NCBI GenBank assembly: GCA_963703955.1
Contig: CAVPGK010000023.1
Coordinates: forward strand, 1 to 64,000
DNA: 64,000 nucleotides
Source: Nitrospirota bacterium
GTDB lineage: Bacteria > Nitrospirota > Nitrospiria > Nitrospirales > Nitrospiraceae
Direction of reading: 5' to 3'
Below, one piece after another: positions 60,884 to 64,000 of this stretch. Numbering within the stretch: the first letter of the stretch is position 1; the number at the start of each line of letters is the position of its first letter. Made by a program: the position numbers and the translations under genes. A model generated the notes under the pieces. That model did no database searches. It saw only the letters and a program-made list of their open reading frames with translations, and was not told the origin of the DNA.

Positions 60884-61047
60884 TAAAAAATTCTATCCTA
60901 GGCCGGCGAGGGACCAACTCAGCTGAGAATGCTAAGAAAGAGTAAACAGATCCGTTTCCTGTTCGGAAGCCAGTGGGTTGCTCCACCGACAACATTCGAC
61001 CACGGATCTTGAGCGAAGATGCTAGGGTTCATATTCTGGAGGAGGCC

Positions 61048-61500
61048 ATGCCTCCCTTCATTCATAGGATGATGTTGTCACGTCTACTGATCCTGACGTG
61101 GCTGATCTCCTGGATCAGCACTGTCCCCCTTTTTCATGTCCATCTCCCGGACGCAAAAGAGGGGCTGCCTTCTCTTCGGAGCGGTATAGCTCACACTGTA
61201 TTTTCTCCTGATCTCCCCGGCGAGTTCTCTCATTTTTCCATCGCGAGAGATCATCGAAGCCCTTTCCTCAACCTCTCGCAGCGTGGCTTGAACTCCCCGG
61301 AGCTTGGCTTCGCCGTCCTCAATGATCTCTCTAAGGATCGCAAGGTCAGAGAGGCAACCGCCCTCGGCTCTTCTTACTGCCCGCCCAACAGCCTGGATCT
61401 CTCTAGTAGCAGCATCGAAGTGCTCGCCGTAGAGGGTAGCCCGCTTGTGCATGGACCTCCTCCCCCTTCTCGTGCTCCTCCCTTTCTTATCTCCATGTAA
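61048..61500 (+). CDS. Hypothetical exported/membrane protein with HVH motif and C-terminal RAPP motif
   Basis: RBS ggaggagg; hydrophobic N-terminus, PLFHVH, terminal GPPPPSRAPPFLISM*. Confidence 0.7.
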   Translation: MPPFIHRMMLSRLLILTWLISWISTVPLFHVHLPDAKEGLPSLRSGIAHTVFSPDLPGEFSHFSIARDHRSPFLNLSQRGLNSPELGFAVLNDLSKDRKVREATALGSSYCPPNSLDLSSSSIEVLAVEGSPLVHGPPPPSRAPPFLISM

Positions 61501-61788
61501 GGTGTCCGTGAGCCGGAAGACCTCCGCTAAGGTGTGCTGAAGGCGCACGTGCCATAAGGCAAGAGTCCAAGGCGTGACTTACGTCACCCTGCGGTAACCG
61601 TACTAATCAAGCCCAGCATGGCAATGGAAAGCAGTGCAAGGAATCCTCACTAATCCTACGGATCTATGCTCCTGTCTTCAGTGCATTGGGTCACTAATGG
61701 CAAAGCGTAAAAACAATGGCGCCTCTGGTACCGCAAGACGCCCGAAGATCACCACCGCCAACCTGCCCGGAAAGGAGCGTGAATCAAC

Positions 61789-62064
61789 ATGATGTTACCA
61801 AGGGAGCTGATCTGGATTCAGCGGCTGACTGATCGCTATGGCGTGGCCGGTCTGCTGCGCCTCATCAGTGTAAATTGCTGCGATCGGGCCGGTACACCGG
61901 CGGACAACCTGCAGCAGTGGGCGAAGATGGCCACGATCGTGGCGGACGCCGCGCAGCAGGCCCGACGCATCGTGCCAGAGCGGATGATTTCGATAACCAC
62001 AGCCCGACGGGAACCAAACGAGAAGGGGGCAGCGATGGCACGTAAAGCTAGAGTCAAAATCTGA
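61789..62064 (+). CDS. Hypothetical protein
   Basis: RBS aaggag; 91 aa; no recognised motif. Confidence 0.35.
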   Translation: MMLPRELIWIQRLTDRYGVAGLLRLISVNCCDRAGTPADNLQQWAKMATIVADAAQQARRIVPERMISITTARREPNEKGAAMARKARVKI

Positions 62065-62128
62065 ATGGGACCGGGCTCGACGAGGCCATCGTGGACGATT
62101 CGGACCTTATCGGTGATCTTCTTCGATT

Positions 62129-62250
62129 CACGGCCGCTGACGCACGATCCAAGGCCGCTGTTCGGAAACCGATACACGGCTTTGCGATTCACCATGACTC
62201 CGTCGCAAAAGCGCAACATTGCCCACAGCCGCCGATGCCCGAACGTCGGA
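62129..62250 (-). mobile_element. IS3-family transposase fragment
   Basis: PTFGHRRLWAMLR...VNRKAVYR, typical of IS3 OrfB N-terminus, followed by WIVRQRP after a frame break. Confidence 0.6.
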
Positions 62251-62462
62251 GAGGACCTTCTAATATGGGTGGACTAAAATCCACGCTCATCGATCACCGG
62301 ATCCGTCGCGCCTCACTTACGTAGTTAAGTGGCGGTTCACGATCGACCAGCGTAGGGGTGTGTTTCTGATTTAATCAGAAAGGACCTGCGACCGCCGAGA
62401 CGGCTCAAACGTTTCCCCAGACCTCTATCTCGGTGGAGGTCGAAGAGCAGGAGGATTACACC

Positions 62463-64000
62463 ATGCCTACAAATTCCAATCGTGTGACGATTCCCGGCAG
62501 TGAGCGCGCCCCCCTTCACGGAGCCCGTGCCGTCGGTCCGATACCGAATGATGAGCGCTTTGAAGTCACCATTCGAATTCGGCGAAAGACCGCTCTCCAG
62601 AACTTCCAGAGCTTGGCTGACGGATTCCATACGGACAAACTACCCATGAATCGGCGCTACCTGACGCGCGAGCAGTACACCTCGTCGCATGGCGCCGACC
62701 GGGCGGATATCGCGAAGGTCGAGGCATTGGCTCTGGCGCATAACCTCGTCGTCGTCGAAACAAGCTCGGCTCGTCGCAGCATCTTCCTCTCGGGGACCGC
62801 TGCTGACTTCGCGAGAGCGTTCGGGACAACCATCCAACATTACGAACACGACGGGGGCACCTACCGTGGCCGGATCGGCCCGCTGACGGTGCCGGCCGAG
62901 TTGGACGGAATCGTAGAGGGTGTGTTCGGGATCGACGACCGACCGGTGGCGAAACCACACTTTCAACGGCGCAAGATGACGGACGGTATGCAACCCCGCG
63001 CGGCCGGGGCATCAGTCACCCCACCCGAACTGGCAAAGCTCTACAGCTTCCCAACCGGCCTGGATGGCTCCGGCCAGTGTATCGGCATTATCGAACTGGG
63101 CGGCGGCTACCGCACCGCCGACATCAACGCGTACTTCCAGAGCTCGGTCGGCCGGTGCCGAAGGTGAAGACGGTTCGGGTCGACGACGGAAAGAACCAAC
63201 CCTCCAACGCCGAGAGTGCCGACGGAGAAGTCATGTTGGACATCGAAGTCGCAGCCGCCGTCGCACCGAAGGCACTGATCGCGGTCTACTTTGCGCCGAA
63301 CACCGACAAGGGATTCCTGGACGCCATCACGATGGCGATCCACGACACGACCAACAAGCCGTCGGTAATCTCGATTAGTTGGGGCAACCCGGAGAAAAAC
63401 TGGACCGCACAGGCGATGAGGACCTTCGACCAGGCATTCCAGACTGCGGCTGCCCTCGGCGTGACAGTCTGTTGCGCGGCGGCGGCGACGAGAATCCGGA
63501 TCAATTGGCGCAGTTGGGAGAGGTGCCCGATGGACTGGCCCACGCCGATTTTCCCGGATCGAGCCCCTTCGTGCTGTGCTGCGGCGGCACGAAGTTGACC
63601 GGGACCGGCACGTCGATCACGAGCGAAAGTGTGTGGAACGAGGATTCTGTTCGCAGCGCCACCGGAGGGGGGGTGAGTGACTTCTTCCCTGTGCCGCAAT
63701 ACCAGAGCATGGCCGGCATCCCGCCATCGGCAAATACCGGCGGCCACAGGGGGCGGGGTGTCCCCGATGTCGCGGGCGATGCGGACCCTGCCACCGGCTA
63801 CTTAGTCCGTGTTGACGGGCAGGAATTTGTGATCGGCGGAACGAGCGCCGTCGCCCCCTTGTGGGCGGGCTTGATCGCGCTGATGAACCAGAAGCTCACG
63901 CACCCAGTAGGATTTCTGAACCCGCTCATCTACCAGCCGTCCTTCGGCAAGGACTCCTTCCGAGATGTCTCTTCGGGCAATAACGGGGCCTACTCTGCCA
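62463..64000 (+). pseudogene. S53 (sedolisin/kumamolisin-like) peptidase with prodomain; two frame breaks; runs off the window
   Basis: RBS aggagg; [13 protein letters not shown] (catalytic E/D), SISWG, RGVPDVA, GGTSAVAP (catalytic Ser); breaks near 63137 and 63480. Confidence 0.85.

Noticed and set aside
1..64000. CRISPR array, cas genes, rRNA, retron/DGR reverse transcriptase
   Set aside because: No regularly spaced repeat-spacer run, rRNA-like sequence or RT motifs seen

Overview
Bacterial chromosomal window, probably Nitrospira or a related Nitrospirota (inferred from the 2M-type complex I operon and the style of the intergenic repeats). The housekeeping core (about 8-50 kb) holds rfaE2, mfd, two PPIases, engB, mtgA, sugE, dtd, ogt, murJ, pyrE, a QseE/QseG-like pair, a nuoABCDGIJKLMMN operon lacking nuoE/F/H, and a PriA-like gene. 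Two accessory regions flank it. The left one (1-8 kb) has frameshifted sprT-dinB, an AT-richer Tat-exported tyrosinase and two stacked tRNA-derived att-site scars. The right one (50-64 kb) has pseudogenes, a CxxC-less TrxR-like/zf-UBP pair, a PAS-kinase/NarL-family two-component system, an internally deleted IS630, a RAPP-motif protein and a broken S53 protease. The best candidate for an undescribed system is a ~195-bp element, mostly or wholly non-coding, present twice in inverted orientation around the two-component system. Each copy carries an 18-bp TGTCAG-N6-CTGACA-type palindrome shaped like a GacA/UvrY box. One copy points to a Zn-ribbon/receiver pair and the other to the putative RAPP arrest peptide. 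All calls were made by eye; no searches were run.
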